NCBI GenBank assembly: GCA_965240325.2
Contig: OZ251255.1
Location: 124,001 to 188,000, forward strand
Origin: Rebecca billardiae RCC1528
Taxonomy: Eukaryota > Protista > Haptophyta
Reading direction: 5' to 3'
Length of the DNA: 64,000 nt
The notes below the pieces were generated by a model that saw nothing but the letters and a program-made list of their open reading frames with translations, searched no databases and had not been told where the DNA came from. Position 1 is the first letter of the stretch, and the number at the start of each line of letters is the position of its first letter. The position numbers and the translations under genes were made by a program. Shown here in pieces: positions 1 to 12,900 of this stretch.

Positions 1-3000
1 CTCCGAGTCCGCCGCCCTCGCCGCCGCCGAGCCCGCCTCCGTCGCCTCCGCCGAGCCCGCCACCGAGCCCGCCGCCGAGCCCGCCGCCGCCCTCGCCGCC
101 GCCGAGCCCACCGCCAAGCCCACCACCATCGCCGCCACCGCCGCCCTCGCCGCCGCCGTCTCCGCCGCCGAGCCCACCGCCGTCGCCTCCGCCCAGCCCG
201 CCACCTTCGCCGCCGCCCAGCCCGCCGCCATCGCCACCGCCGCCGTCGCCACCGCCGTCCCCGCCGCCATCGCCGCCGCCGAGCCCGCCGCCGAGCCCGC
301 CGCCGCCGTTGCTTCCGCCGCTGCCGCCTCCATCGCCGCCGCCCAGCCCTCCGCCCAGCCCTCCGCCGCCGTCGCCACCGCCGTCGCCACCGCCAAGCCC
401 GCCGCCCTCGCCGCCGCCGAGCCCGCCTCCGTCGCCGCCGCCGAGCCCGCCACCAAGCCCGCCGCCGAGCCCGCCGCCGCCCTCGCCGCCGCCGAGCCCA
501 CCGCCAAGCCCGCCACCATCGCCGCCGCCGCCGCCCTCGCCGCCGCCGTCTCCGCCGCCGAGCCCCCCGCCGTCGCCTCCGCCCAGCCCGCCGCCGTCGC
601 CGCCGCCCAGCCCGCCGCCATCGCCACCGCCGCCGTCGCCACCGCCGTCGCCACCGCCATCGCCGCCGCCGAGCCCGCCGCCGAGCCCGCCGCCGCCGTT
701 GCTTCCGCCGCTGCCGCCTCCATCGCCGCCGCCCAGCCCTCCGCCCAGCCCTCCGCCGCCGTCGCCGCCGCCGTCGCCACCTCCGAGTCCGCCGCCCTCG
801 CCGCCGCCGAGCCCGCCTCCGTCGCCTCCGCCGAGCCCGCCACCGAGCCCGCCGCCGAGCCCGCCGCCGCCCTCGCCGCCGCCGAGCCCACCGCCAAGCC
901 CACCACCATCGCCGCCACCGCCGCCCTCGCCGCCGCCGTCTCCGCCCCCGAGCCCCCCGCCGTCGCCTCCGCCCAGCCCGCCGCCGTCGCCGCCACCCAG
1001 CCCGCCGCCATCGCCACCGCCGCCGTCGCCGCCGCCGTCGCCGCCGCCATCGCCGCCGCCGAGCCCGCCGCCGAGCCCGCCGCCGCCGTTGCTTCCGCCG
1101 TCGCCGCCTCCATCGCCGCCGCCCCGCCCTCCGCCCAGCCCTCCACCGCCGTCGCCACCCCCGTCGCCACCGCCGAGCCCGCCGCCCTCGCCGCCGCCGA
1201 GCCCGCCGCCGTCACCGCCGCCGAGCTCGCCACCAAGCCCGCCGCCGAGCCCGCCGCCGCCCTCGCCGCCGCCGAGCCCACCGCCAAGCCCACCACCATC
1301 GCCGCCACCGCCGCCCTCGCCGCCGCCGTCTCCGCCGCCGAGCCCCCCGCCGTCGCCTCCGCCCAGCCCGCCACCTTCGCCGCCACCCAGCCCGCCGCCA
1401 TCGCCACCGCCGCCGTCGCCGCCGCCGTCCCCGCCGCCATCGCCGCCGCCGAGCCCGCCGCCGAGCCCGCCGCCGCCGTTGCTTCCGCCGCTGCCGCCTC
1501 CATCGCCGCCGCCCAGCCCTCCGCCCAGCCCTCCACCGCCGTCGCCACCCCCTTCGCCTCCACCGAGCCCGCCGCCATCGCCGCCGCCGAGCCCGCCGCC
1601 GTCACCGCCGCCGAGCCCGCCACCAAGCCCGCCGCCGAGCCCGCCGCCGCCCTCACCGCCGCCGAGCCCACCGCCAAGCCCACCACCATCGCCGCCACCG
1701 CCGCCCTCGCCGCCGCCGTCTCCGCCCCCGAGCCCACCGCCGTCGCCTCCGCCCAGCCCGCCGCCGTCGCCGCCACCCAGCCCGCCGCCATCGCCACCGC
1801 CGCCGTCGCCGCCGCCGTCCCCGCCGCCATCGCCGCCGCCGAGCCCGCCGCCGAGCCCGCCGCCGCCGTTGCTTCCGCCGCTGCCGCCTCCATCGCCGCC
1901 GCCCAGCCCTCCGCCCAGCCCTCCACCGCCGTCGCCACCCCCTTCGCCTCCACCGAGTCCGCCGCCATCGCCGCCGCCGAGCCCGCCGCCGTCGCCGCCG
2001 CCGAGCCCGCCACCAAGCCCGCCGCCGAGCCCGCCGCCGCCCTCACCGCCGCCGAGCCCACCACCAAGCCCACCACCATCGCCGCCACCGCCGCCCTCGC
2101 CGCCGCCGTCTCCGCCGCCGAGCCCCCCGCCGTCGCCTCCGCCCAGCCCGCCGCCGTCGCCGCCACCCAGCCCGCCGCCATCGCCACCGCCGCCGTCGCC
2201 ACCGCCGTCCCCGCCGCCATCGCCGCCGCCGAGCCCGCCGCCGAGCCCGCCGCCGCCGTTGCTTCCGCCGCTGCCGCCTCCATCGCCGCCGCCCAGCCCT
2301 CCGCCCAGCCCTCCGCCGCCGTCGCCGCCGCCGTCGCCACCGCCAAGCCCGCCGCCCTCGCCGCCGCCGAGCCCGCCTCCGTCACCGCCGCCGAGCCCGC
2401 CTCCGAGCCCGCCGCCGAGCCCGCCGCCGCCCTCGCCGCCGCCGAGCCCACCGCCAAGCCCACCACCATCGCCGCCACCGCCGCCCTCGCCGCCGCCGTC
2501 TCCGCCCCCGAGCCCCCCGCCGTCGCCTCCGCCCAGCCCGCCGCCTTCGCCGCCACCCAGCCCGCCGCCATCGCCACCGCCGCCGTCGCCGCCGCCGTCC
2601 CCGCCGCCATCGCCGCCGCCGAGCCCGCCTCCGAGCCCGCCCCCGCCGTTGCTTCCGCCGCTGCCGCCTCCATCGCCGCCGCCCAGCCCTCCTCCCAGCC
2701 CTCCGCCGCCGTCGCCGCCACCGTCGCCGCCGCCGAGCCCGCCGCCATCGCCGCCACCGTCGCCTCCGCCGTCTCCGCCGCCGAGCCCGCCTCCGAGCCC
2801 GCCGCCGAGCCCGCCGCCGCCCTCGCCGCCGCCGAGCCCACCGCCAAGCCCGCCACCATCGCCGCCGCCGCCGCCCTCGCCGCCGCCGTCTCCGCCGCCG
2901 AGCCAACCGCCGTCGCCTCCGCCCAGCCCGCCGCCGTCGCCGCCACCGAGCCCGCCGCCGTCACCGCCGCCGCCGTCGCCGCCGCCATCGCCGCCGCCAT

Positions 3001-6000
3001 CGCCGCCGCCGAGCCCGCCGCCGAGCCCGCCCCCGCCGTTGCTTCCGCCGCTGCCGCCTCCATCGCCGCCGCCCAGCCCTCCGCCCAGCCCTCCGCCGCC
3101 GTCGCCACCCCCGTCGCCACCGCCAAGCCCGCCGCCCTCGCCGCCGCCGAGCCCGCCTCCGTCGCCGCCGCCGAGCCCGCCACCAAGCCCGCCGCCGAGC
3201 CCGCCGCCGCCCTCGCCGCCGCCGAGCCCACCGCCAAGCCCACCACCATCGCCGCCACCGCCGCCCTCGCCGCCGCCGTCTCCGCCGCCGAGCCCACCGC
3301 CGTCGCCTCCGCCCAGCCCGCCGCCGTCGCCGCCACCCAGCCCGCCGCCATCGCCACCGCCGCCGTCGCCACCGCCGTCCCCGCCGCCATCGCCGCCGCC
3401 GAGCCCGCCGCCGAGCCCGCCGCCGCCATTGCTTCCGCCGCTGCCGCCTCCATCGCCGCCGCCCAGCCCTCCGCCCAGCCCTCCGCCGCCGTCGCCACCC
3501 CCGTCGCCACCTCCGAGCCCGCCGCCCTCGCCGCCGCCGTCGCCTCCGCCGTCACCGCCGCCGAGCCCGCCTCCGAGCCCGCCGCCGAGCCCGCCGCCGC
3601 CCTCGCCGCCGCCGAGCCCACCGCCAAGCCCACCACCATCGCCGCCACCGCCGCCTTCGCCGCCGCCGTCTCCGCCGCCGAGCCCTCCGCCGTCGCCTCC
3701 GCCCAGCCCGCCGCCGTCGCCGCCACCCAGCCCGCCGCCATCGCCACCGCCGCCGTCGCCGCCGCCGTCCCCGCCGCCATCGCCGCCGCCGAGCCCGCCG
3801 CCGAGCCCGCCGCCGCCGTTGCTTCCGCCGCTGCCGCCTCCATCGCCGCCGCCCAGCCCTCCGCCCAGCCCTCCACCGCCGTCGCCACCCCCTTCGCCTC
3901 CACCGAGTCCGCCGCCATCGCCGCCGCCGAGCCCGCCGCCGTCGCCGCCGCCGAGCCCGCCACCAAGCCCGCCGCCGAGCCCGCCGCCGCCCTCACCGCC
4001 GCCGAGCCCACCACCAAGCCCACCACCATCGCCGCCACCGCCGCCCTCGCCGCCGCCGTCTCCGCCGCCGAGCCCCCCGCCGTCGCCTCCGCCCAGCTCG
4101 CCGCCGTCGCCGCCACCCAGCCCGCCGCCATCGCCACCGCCGCCGTCGCCACCGCCGTCCCCGCCGCCATCGCCGCCGCCGAGCCCGCCGCCGAGCCCGC
4201 CGCCGCCGTTGCTTCCGCCGCTGCCGCCTCCATCGCCGCCGCCCAGCCCTCCGCCCAGCCCTCCACCGCCGTCGCCACCCCCTTCGCCTCCACCGAGTCC
4301 GCCGCCATCGCCGCCGCCGAGCCCGCCGCCGTCACCGCCGCCGAGCCCGCCACCAAGCCCGCCGCCGAGCCCGCCGCCGCCGTCACCGCCGCCGAGCCCA
4401 CCGCCAAGCCCACCACCATCGCCGCCACCGCCGCCCTCGCCGCCGCCGTCTCCGCCGCCGAGCCCACCGCCGTCGCCTCCGCCCAGCCCGCCACCTTCGC
4501 CGCCACCCAGCCCGCCGCCATCGCCACCGCCGCCGTCGCCACCGCCGTCCCCTCCGCCATCGCCGCCGCCGAGCCCGCCGCCGAGCCCGCCGCCGCCGTT
4601 GCTTCCGCCGCTGCCGCCTCCATCGCCGCCGCCCAGCCCTCCGCCCAGCCCTCCGCCGCCGTCGCCGCCGCCGTCGCCACCTCCGAGCCCGCCGCCCTCG
4701 CCGCCGCCGAGCCCGCCGCCGTCGCCTCCGCCGAGCCCGCCTCCGAGCCCGCCGCCGAGCCCGCCGCCGCCCTCACCGCCGCCGAGCCCACCGCCAAGCC
4801 CACCACCATCGCCGCCACCGCCGCCCTCGCCGCCGCCGTCTCCGCCGCCGAGCCCACCGCCGTCGCCTCCGCCCAGCCCGCCGCCGTCGCCGCCACCCAG
4901 CCCGCCGCCATCGCCACCGCCGCCGTCGCCACCGCCGTCCCCGCCGCCATCGCCGCCGCCGAGCCCGCCGCCGAGCCCGCCGCCGCCATTGCTTCCGCCG
5001 CTGCCGCCTCCATCGCCGCCGCCCAGCCCTCCGCCGAGCCCTCCGCCGCCGTCGCCGCCGCCGTCGCCACCGCCGAGCCCGCCGCCCTCGCCGCCGCCGA
5101 GCCCCCCGCCGTCGCCTCCGCCGAGCCCGCCTCCGAGCCCGCCGCCGAGCCCGCCGCCGCCCTCGCCGCCGCCGAGCCCACCGCCAAGCCCACCACCATC
5201 GCCGCCACCGCCGCCCTCGCCGCCGCCGTCTCCGCCGCCGAGCCTACCGCCGTCGCCTCCGCCCAGCCCACCGCCGTCGCCGCCACCCAGCCCGCCGCCA
5301 TCGCCACCGCCGCCGTCGCCACCGCCGTCCCCGCCGCCATCGCCGCCGCCGAGCCCGCCGCCGAGCCCGCCGCCGCCATTGCTTCCGCCGCTGCCGCCTC
5401 CATCGCCGCCGCCCAGCCCTCCGCCCAGCCCTCCACCGCCGTCGCCACCCCCTTCGCCTCCACCGAGTCCGCCGCCATCGCCGCCGCCGAGCCCGCCGCC
5501 GTCACCGCCGCCGAGCCCGCCACCAAGCCCGCCGCCGAGCCCGCCGCCGCCCTCGCCGCCGCCGAGCCCACCGCCAAGCCCACCACCATCGCCGCCACCG
5601 CCGCCCTCGCCGCCGCCGTCTCCGCCGCCGAGCCCACCGCCGTCGCCTCCGCCCAGCCCGCCGCCGTCGCCGCCACCCAGCCCGCCGCCATCGCCACCGC
5701 CGCCGTCGCCGCCGCCATCGCCACCGCCATCGCCACCGCCGAGCCCGCCGCCGAGCCCGCCCCCGCCGTTGCTTCCGCCGCTGCCGCCTCCATCGCCGCC
5801 GCCCAGCCCTCCGCCCAGCCCTCCACCGCCGTCGCCACCCCCTTCGCCTCCACCGAGTCCGCCGCCATCGCCGCCGCCGAGCCCGCCTCCGTCACCGCCG
5901 CCGAGCCCACCGCCAAGCCCGCCGCCGAGCCCGCCGCCGCCGTCACCGCCGCCGAGCCCACCGCCAAGCCCACCACCATCGCCGCCACCGCCGCCCTCGC

Positions 6001-9000
6001 CGCCGCCGTCTCCGCCGCCGAGCCCACCGCCGTCGCCTCCGCCCAGCCCGCCACCTTCGCCGCCACCCAGCCCGCCGCCATCGCCACCGCCGCCGTCGCC
6101 GCCGCCGTCCCCGCCGCCATCGCCGCCGCCGAGCCCGCCGCCGAGCCCGCCGCCGCCGTTGCTTCCGCCGCTGCCGCCTCCATCGCCGCCGCCGAGCCCT
6201 CCGCCCAGCCCTCCACCGCCGTCGCCACCCCCGTCGCCTCCACCGAGTCCGCCGCCATCGCCGCCGCCGAGCCCGCCGCCGTCACCGCCGCCGAGCCCGC
6301 CACCAAGCCCGCCGCCGAGCCCGCCGCCGCCCTCGCCGCCGCCGAGCCCACCGCCAAGCCCACCACCATCGCCGCCACCGCCGCCCTCGCCGCCGCCGTC
6401 TCCGCCGCCGAGCCCACCGCCGTCGCCTCCGCCCAGCCCGCCACCTTCGCCGCCACCCAGCCCGCCGCCATCGCCACCGCCGCCGTCGCCGCCTCCGTCC
6501 CCGCCGCCATCGCCGCCGCCGAGCCCGCCGCCGAGCCCGCCTCCGCCGTTGCTTCCGCCGCTGCCGCCTCCATCGCCGCCGCCCAGCCCTCCGCCCAGCC
6601 CTCCACCGCCGTCGCCACCCCCGTCGCCTCCACCGAGTCCGCCGCCATCGCCGCCGCCGAGCCCGCCGCCGTCACCGCCGCCGAGCCCGCCACCAAGCCC
6701 GCCGCCGAGCCCGCCGCCGCCCTCGCCGCCGCCGAGCCCACCGCCAAGCCCACCACCATCGCCGCCACCGCCGCCCTCGCCGCCGCCGTCTCCGCCGCCG
6801 AGCCCACCGCCGTCGCCTCCGCCCAGCCCGCCACCTTCGCCGCCACCCAGCCCGCCGCCATCGCCACCGCCGCCGTCGCCGCCTCCGTCCCCGCCGCCAT
6901 CGCCGCCGCCGAGCCCGCCGCCGAGCCCGCCTCCGCCGTTGCTTCCGCCGCTGCCGCCTCCATCGCCGCCGCCCAGCCCTCCGCCCAGCCCTCCACCGCC
7001 GTCGCCACCCCCGTCGCCTCCACCGAGTCCGCCGCCATCGCCGCCGCCGAGCCCGCCGCCGTCACCGCCGCCGAGCCCGCCGCCAAGCCCGCCGCCGAGC
7101 CCGCCGCCGCCCTCGCCGCCGCCGAGCCCACCGCCAAGCCCACCACCATCGCCGCCACCGCCGCCCTCGCCGCCGCCGTCTCCGCCGCCGAGCCCACCGC
7201 CGTCGCCTCCGCCCAGCCCGCCGCCGTCGCCGCCACCCAGCCCGCCGCCATCGCCACCGCCGCCGTCGCCGCCGCCATCGCCACCGCCATCGCCGCCGCC
7301 GAGCCCGCCGCCGAGCCCGCCCCCGCCGTTGCTTCCGCCGCTGCCGCCTCCATCGCCGCCGCCCAGCCCTCCGCCCAGCCCTCCGCCGCCGTCGCCGCCG
7401 CCGTCGCCACCTCCGAGCCCGCCGCCCTCGCCGCCGCCGAGCCCGCCGCCGTCGCCTCCGCCGAGCCCGCCTCCGAGCCCGCCGCCGAGCCCGCCGCCGC
7501 CCTCACCGCCGCCGAGCCCACCGCCAAGCCCACCACCATCGCCGCCACCGCCGCCCTCGCCGCCGCCGTCTCCGCCGCCGAGCCCACCGCCGTCGCCTCC
7601 GCCCAGCCCGCCGCCGTCGCCGCCACCCAGCCCGCCGCCATCGCCACCGCCGCCGTCGCCACCGCCGTCCCCGCCGCCATCGCCGCCGCCGAGCCCGCCG
7701 CCGAGCCCGCCGCCGCCATTGCTTCCGCCGCTGCCGCCTCCATCGCCGCCGCCCAGCCCTCCGCCGAGCCCTCCGCCGCCGTCGCCGCCGCCGTCGCCAC
7801 CGCCGAGCCCGCCGCCCTCGCCGCCGCCGAGCCCCCCGCCGTCGCCTCCGCCGAGCCCGCCACCGAGCCCGCCGCCGAGCCCGCCGCCGCCCTCACCGCC
7901 GCCGAGCCCACCGCCAAGCCCACCACCATCGCCGCCACCGCCGCCCTCGCCGCCGCCGTCTCCGCCGCCGAGCCCACCGCCGTCGCCTCCGCCCAGCCCG
8001 CCACCTTCGCCGCCACCCAGCCCGCCGCCATCGCCACCGCCGCCGTCGCCGCCGCCGTCCCCGCCGCCATCGCCGCCGCCGAGCCCGCCGCCGAGCCCGC
8101 CGCCGCCGTTGCTTCCGCCGCTGCCGCCTCCATCGCCGCCGCCGAGCCCTCCGCCCAGCCCTCCACCGCCGTCGCCACCCCCGTCGCCTCCACCGAGTCC
8201 GCCGCCATCGCCGCCGCCGAGCCCGCCGCCGTCACCGCCGCCGAGCCCGCCACCAAGCCCGCCGCCGAGCCCGCCGCCGCCCTCGCCGCCGCCGAGCCCA
8301 CCGCCAAGCCCACCACCATCGCCGCCACCGCCGCCCTCGCCGCCGCCGTCTCCGCCGCCGAGCCCACCGCCGTCGCCTCCGCCCAGCCCGCCGCCTTCGC
8401 CGCCACCCAGCCCGCCGCCATCGCCACCGCCGCCGTCGCCGCCGCCGTCCCCGCCGCCATCGCCGCCGCCGAGCCCGCCGCCGAGCCCGCCGCCGCCGTT
8501 GCTTCCGCCGCTGCCGCCTCCATCGCCGCCGCCCAGCCCTCCGCCCAGCCCTCCGCCGCCGTCGCCGCCGCCGTCGCCACCTCCGAGCCCGCCGCCCTCG
8601 CCGCCGCCGAGCCCGCCGCCGTCGCCTCCGCCGAGCCCGCCTCCGAGCCCGCCGCCGAGCCCGCCGCCGCCCTCACCGCCGCCGAGCCCACCGCCAAGCC
8701 CACCACCATCGCCGCCACCGCCGCCCTCGCCGCCGCCGTCTCCGCCGCCGAGCCCACCGCCGTCGCCTCCGCCCAGCCCGCCGCCGTCGCCGCCACCCAG
8801 CCCGCCGCCATCGCCACCGCCGCCGTCGCCACCGCCGTCCCCGCCGCCATCGCCGCCGCCGAGCCCGCCGCCGAGCCCGCCGCCGCCATTGCTTCCGCCG
8901 CTGCCGCCTCCATCGCCGCCGCCCAGCCCTCCGCCGAGCCCTCCGCCGCCGTCGCCGCCGCCGTCGCCACCGCCGAGCCCGCCGCCCTCGCCGCCGCCGA

Positions 9001-12000
9001 GCCCCCCGCCGTCGCCTCCGCCGAGCCCGCCTCCGAGCCCGCCGCCGAGCCCGCCGCCGCCCTCGCCGCCGCCGAGCCCACCGCCAAGCCCACCACCATC
9101 GCCGCCACCGCCGCCCTCGCCGCCGCCGTCTCCGCCGCCGAGCCCACCGCCGTCGCCTCCGCCCAGCCCGCCACCTTCGCCGCCACCCAGCCCGCCGCCA
9201 TCGCCACCGCCGCCGTCGCCGCCTCCGTCCCCGCCGCCATCGCCGCCGCCGAGCCCGCCGCCGAGCCCGCCTCCGCCGTTGCTTCCGCCGCTGCCGCCTC
9301 CATCGCCGCCGCCCAGCCCTCCGCCCAGCCCTCCACCGCCGTCGCCACCCCCGTCGCCTCCACCGAGTCCGCCGCCATCGCCGCCGCCGAGCCCGCCGCC
9401 GTCACCGCCGCCGAGCCCGCCGCCAAGCCCGCCGCCGAGCCCGCCGCCGCCCTCGCCGCCGCCGAGCCCACCGCCAAGCCCACCACCATCGCCGCCACCG
9501 CCGCCCTCGCCGCCGCCGTCTCCGCCGCCGAGCCCACCGCCGTCGCCTCCGCCCAGCCCGCCACCTTCGCCGCCGCCCAGCCCGCCGCCATCGCCACCGC
9601 CGCCGTCGCCGCCGCCATCGCCACCGCCATCGCCGCCGCCGAGCCCGCCGCCGAGCCCGCCGCCGCCGTTGCTTCCGCCGCTGCCGCCTCCATCGCCGCC
9701 GCCCAGCCCTCCGCCCAGCCCTCCACCGCCGTCGCCACCCCCGTCGCCTCCACCGAGTCCGCCGCCATCGCCGCCGCCGAGCCCGCCGCCGTCACCGCCG
9801 CCGAGCCCACCGCCAAGCCCGCCGCCGAGCCCGCCGCCGCCGTCACCGCCGCCGAGCCCACCGCCAAGCCCACCACCATCGCCGCCACCGCCGCCCTCGC
9901 CGCCGCCGTCTCCGCCGCCGAGCCCACCGCCGTCGCCTCCGCCCAGCCCGCCACCTTCGCCGCCACCCAGCCCGCCGCCATCGCCACCGCCGCCGTCGCC
10001 GCCGCCGTCCCCGCCGCCATCGCCGCCGCCGAGCCCGCCGCCGAGCCCGCCGCCGCCGTTGCTTCCGCCGCTGCCGCCTCCATCGCCGCCGCCGAGCCCT
10101 CCGCCCAGCCCTCCACCGCCGTCACCACCCCCGTCGCCTCCACCGAGTCCGCCGCCATCGCCGCCGCCGAGCCCGCCGCCGTCACCGCCGCCGAGCCCGC
10201 CACCAAGCCCGCCGCCGAGCCCGCCGCCGCCCTCGCCGCCGCCGAGCCCACCGCCAAGCCCACCACCATCGCCGCCACCGCCGCCCTCGCCGCCGCCGTC
10301 TCCGCCGCCGAGCCCACCGCCGTCGCCTCCGCCCAGCCCGCCACCTTCGCCGCCGCCCAGCCCGCCGCCATCGCCACCGCCGCCGTCGCCGCCGCCATCG
10401 CCACCGCCATCGCCGCCGCCGAGCCCGCCGCCGAGCCCGCCGCCGCCGTTGCTTCCGCCGCTGCCGCCTCCATCGCCGCCGCCCAGCCCTCCGCCCAGCC
10501 CTCCACCGCCGTCGCCACCCCCGTCGCCTCCACCGAGTCCGCCGCCATCGCCGCCGCCGAGCCCGCCTCCGTCACCGCCGCCGAGCCCGCCGCCAAGCCC
10601 GCCGCCGAGCCCGCCGCCGCCGTCACCGCCGCCGAGCCCACCGCCAAGCCCACCACCATCGCCGCCACCGCCGCCCTCGCCGCCGCCGTCTCCGCCGCCG
10701 AGCCCACCGCCGTCGCCTCCGCCCAGCCCGCCACCTTCGCCGCCACCCAGCCCGCCGCCATCGCCACCGCCGCCGTCGCCGCCGCCGTCCCCGCCGCCAT
10801 CGCCGCCGCCGAGCCCGCCGCCGAGCCCGCCGCCGCCGTTGCTTCCGCCGCTGCCGCCTCCATCGCCGCCGCCGAGCCCTCCGCCCAGCCCTCCACCGCC
10901 GTCGCCACCCCCGTCGCCTCCACCGAGTCCGCCGCCATCGCCGCCGCCGAGCCCGCCGCCGTCACCGCCGCCGAGCCCGCCACCAAGCCCGCCGCCGAGC
11001 CCGCCGCCGCCCTCGCCGCCGCCGAGCCCACCGCCAAGCCCACCACCATCGCCGCCACCGCCGCCCTCGCCGCCGCCGTCTCCGCCGCCGAGCCCACCGC
11101 CGTCGCCTCCGCCCAGCCCGCCGCCTTCGCCGCCACCCAGCCCGCCGCCATCGCCACCGCCGCCGTCGCCGCCGCCGTCCCCGCCGCCATCGCCGCCGCC
11201 GAGCCCGCCGCCGAGCCCGCCGCCGCCGTTGCTTCCGCCGCTGCCGCCTCCATCGCCGCCGCCCAGCCCTCCGCCCAGCCCTCCGCCGCCGTCGCCGCCA
11301 CCGTCGCCACCGCCGAGCCCGCCGCCCTCGCCGCCGCCGAGCCCGCCTCCGTCACCGCCGCCGAGCCCGCCACCAAGCCCGCCGCCGAGCCCGCCGCCGC
11401 CCTCACCGCCGCCGAGCCCACCGCCAAGCCCACCACCCTCGCCGCCACCGCCGCCCTCGCCGCCGCCGTCTCCGCCACCGAGCCCTCCGCCGTCGCCTCC
11501 GCCCAGCCCGCCACCTTCGCCGCCACCCAGCCCGCCGCCATCGCCACCGCCGCCGTCGCCACCGCCGTCCCCGCCGCCATCGCCGCCGCCGAGCCCGCCG
11601 CCGAGCCCGCCCCCGCCATTGCTTCCGCCGCTGCCGCCTCCATCGCCGCCGCCCAGCCCTCCGCCCAGCCCTCCGCCGCCGTCGCCACCGCCCTCGCCAC
11701 CGCCGAGCCCGCCGCCCTCGCCGCCGCCGAGCCCGCCGCCGTCACCTCCGCCGAGCCCGCCGCCGTCGCCGCCGCCGAGCCCGCCGCCACCCTCGCCGCC
11801 GCCGAGCCCACCGCCGAGCCCACCACCATCGCCGCCGCCGCCGCCCTCGCCGCCGCCGTCTCCGCCCCCGAGCCCACCGCCCTCGCCTCCGCCCAGCCCG
11901 CCGCCGTCGCCGCCACCCAGCCCGCCGCCATCGCCACCGCCGCCGTCGCCACCGCCGTCCCCGCCGCCATCGCCGCCGCCGAGCCCGCCGCCGAGCCCGC

Positions 12001-12900
12001 CGCCGCCGTTGCTTCCGCCGCTGCCGCCTCCATCGCCGCCGCCGAGCCCTCCGCCCAGCCCTCCACCGCCGTCGCCACCCCCTTCGCCTCCACCGAGTCC
12101 GCCGCCATCGCCGCCGCCGAGCCCGCCGCCGTCACCGCCGCCGAGCCCGCCACCAAGCCCGCCGCCGAGCCCGCCGCCGCCCTCGCCGCCGCCGAGCCCA
12201 CCGCCAAGCCCACCACCATCGCCGCCACCGCCGCCCTCGCCGCCGCCGTCTCCGCCGCCGAGCCCACCGCCGTCGCCTCCGCCCAGCCCGCCACCTTCGC
12301 CGCCACCCAGGCCGCCGCCATCGCCACCGCCGCCGTCGCCGCCGCCATCGCCACCGCCATCGCCACCGCCGAGCCCGCCGCCGAGCCCGCCCCCGCCGTT
12401 GCTTCCGCCGCTGCCGCCTCCATCGCCGCCGCCCAGCCCTCCGCCCAGCCCTCCGCCGCCGTCGCCGCCACCGTCCCCACCGCCGAGCCCGCCGCCCTCG
12501 CCGCCGCCGAGCCCGCCTCCGTCGCCGCCGCCGAGCCCGCCTCCGAGCCCGCCGCCGAGCCCGCCGCCGCCCTCGCCGCCGCCGAGCCCACCGCCGAGCC
12601 CGCCGCCGTTGCCGCCGCCGCCGCCCTCGTTGCCGCCGTCTCCGCCGCCAAGTCCGCCGCCGTCGCCTCCGCCCAGCCCGCCGCCTTCGCCGCCACCCGG
12701 CCCGCCGCCATCGCCACCGCCGCCGTCACCACCGCCATCGCCTCCGCCCTCGCCGCCGCCGAGCCCGCCGCCGAGCCCGCCGCCGCCGTTGCTTCCGCCG
12801 CTGCCGCCTCCATCGCCGCCGCCCAGCCCTCCGCCCAGCCCTCCACCGCCGTCGCCACCCCCTTCGCCCCCACCGAGTCCGCCGCCATCGCCGCCGCCGA
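1..12900 (+). repeat. Coding tandem array with a 390-bp (130-aa) unit of S(P)3-5 blocks punctuated by LLPPL; at least 33 units
   Basis: The marker ttgcttccgccg recurs at 309+390n for n=0..32 (309, 699, 1089 ... 12789) with no phase slip. The array decays into irregular Pro/Ser/Ala sequence from about 12900 to 13550. Confidence 0.97.

Noticed and set aside
309-311. Start codon of the 7,929-aa ORF
   Set aside because: It is a TTG Leu within a repeat unit; the frame is already open at base 3, so the real start is upstream of the window.
1-12900. CRISPR array or non-coding satellite
   Set aside because: There are no unique spacers and no cas genes; variation is mostly synonymous in one frame that runs on into folded domains.
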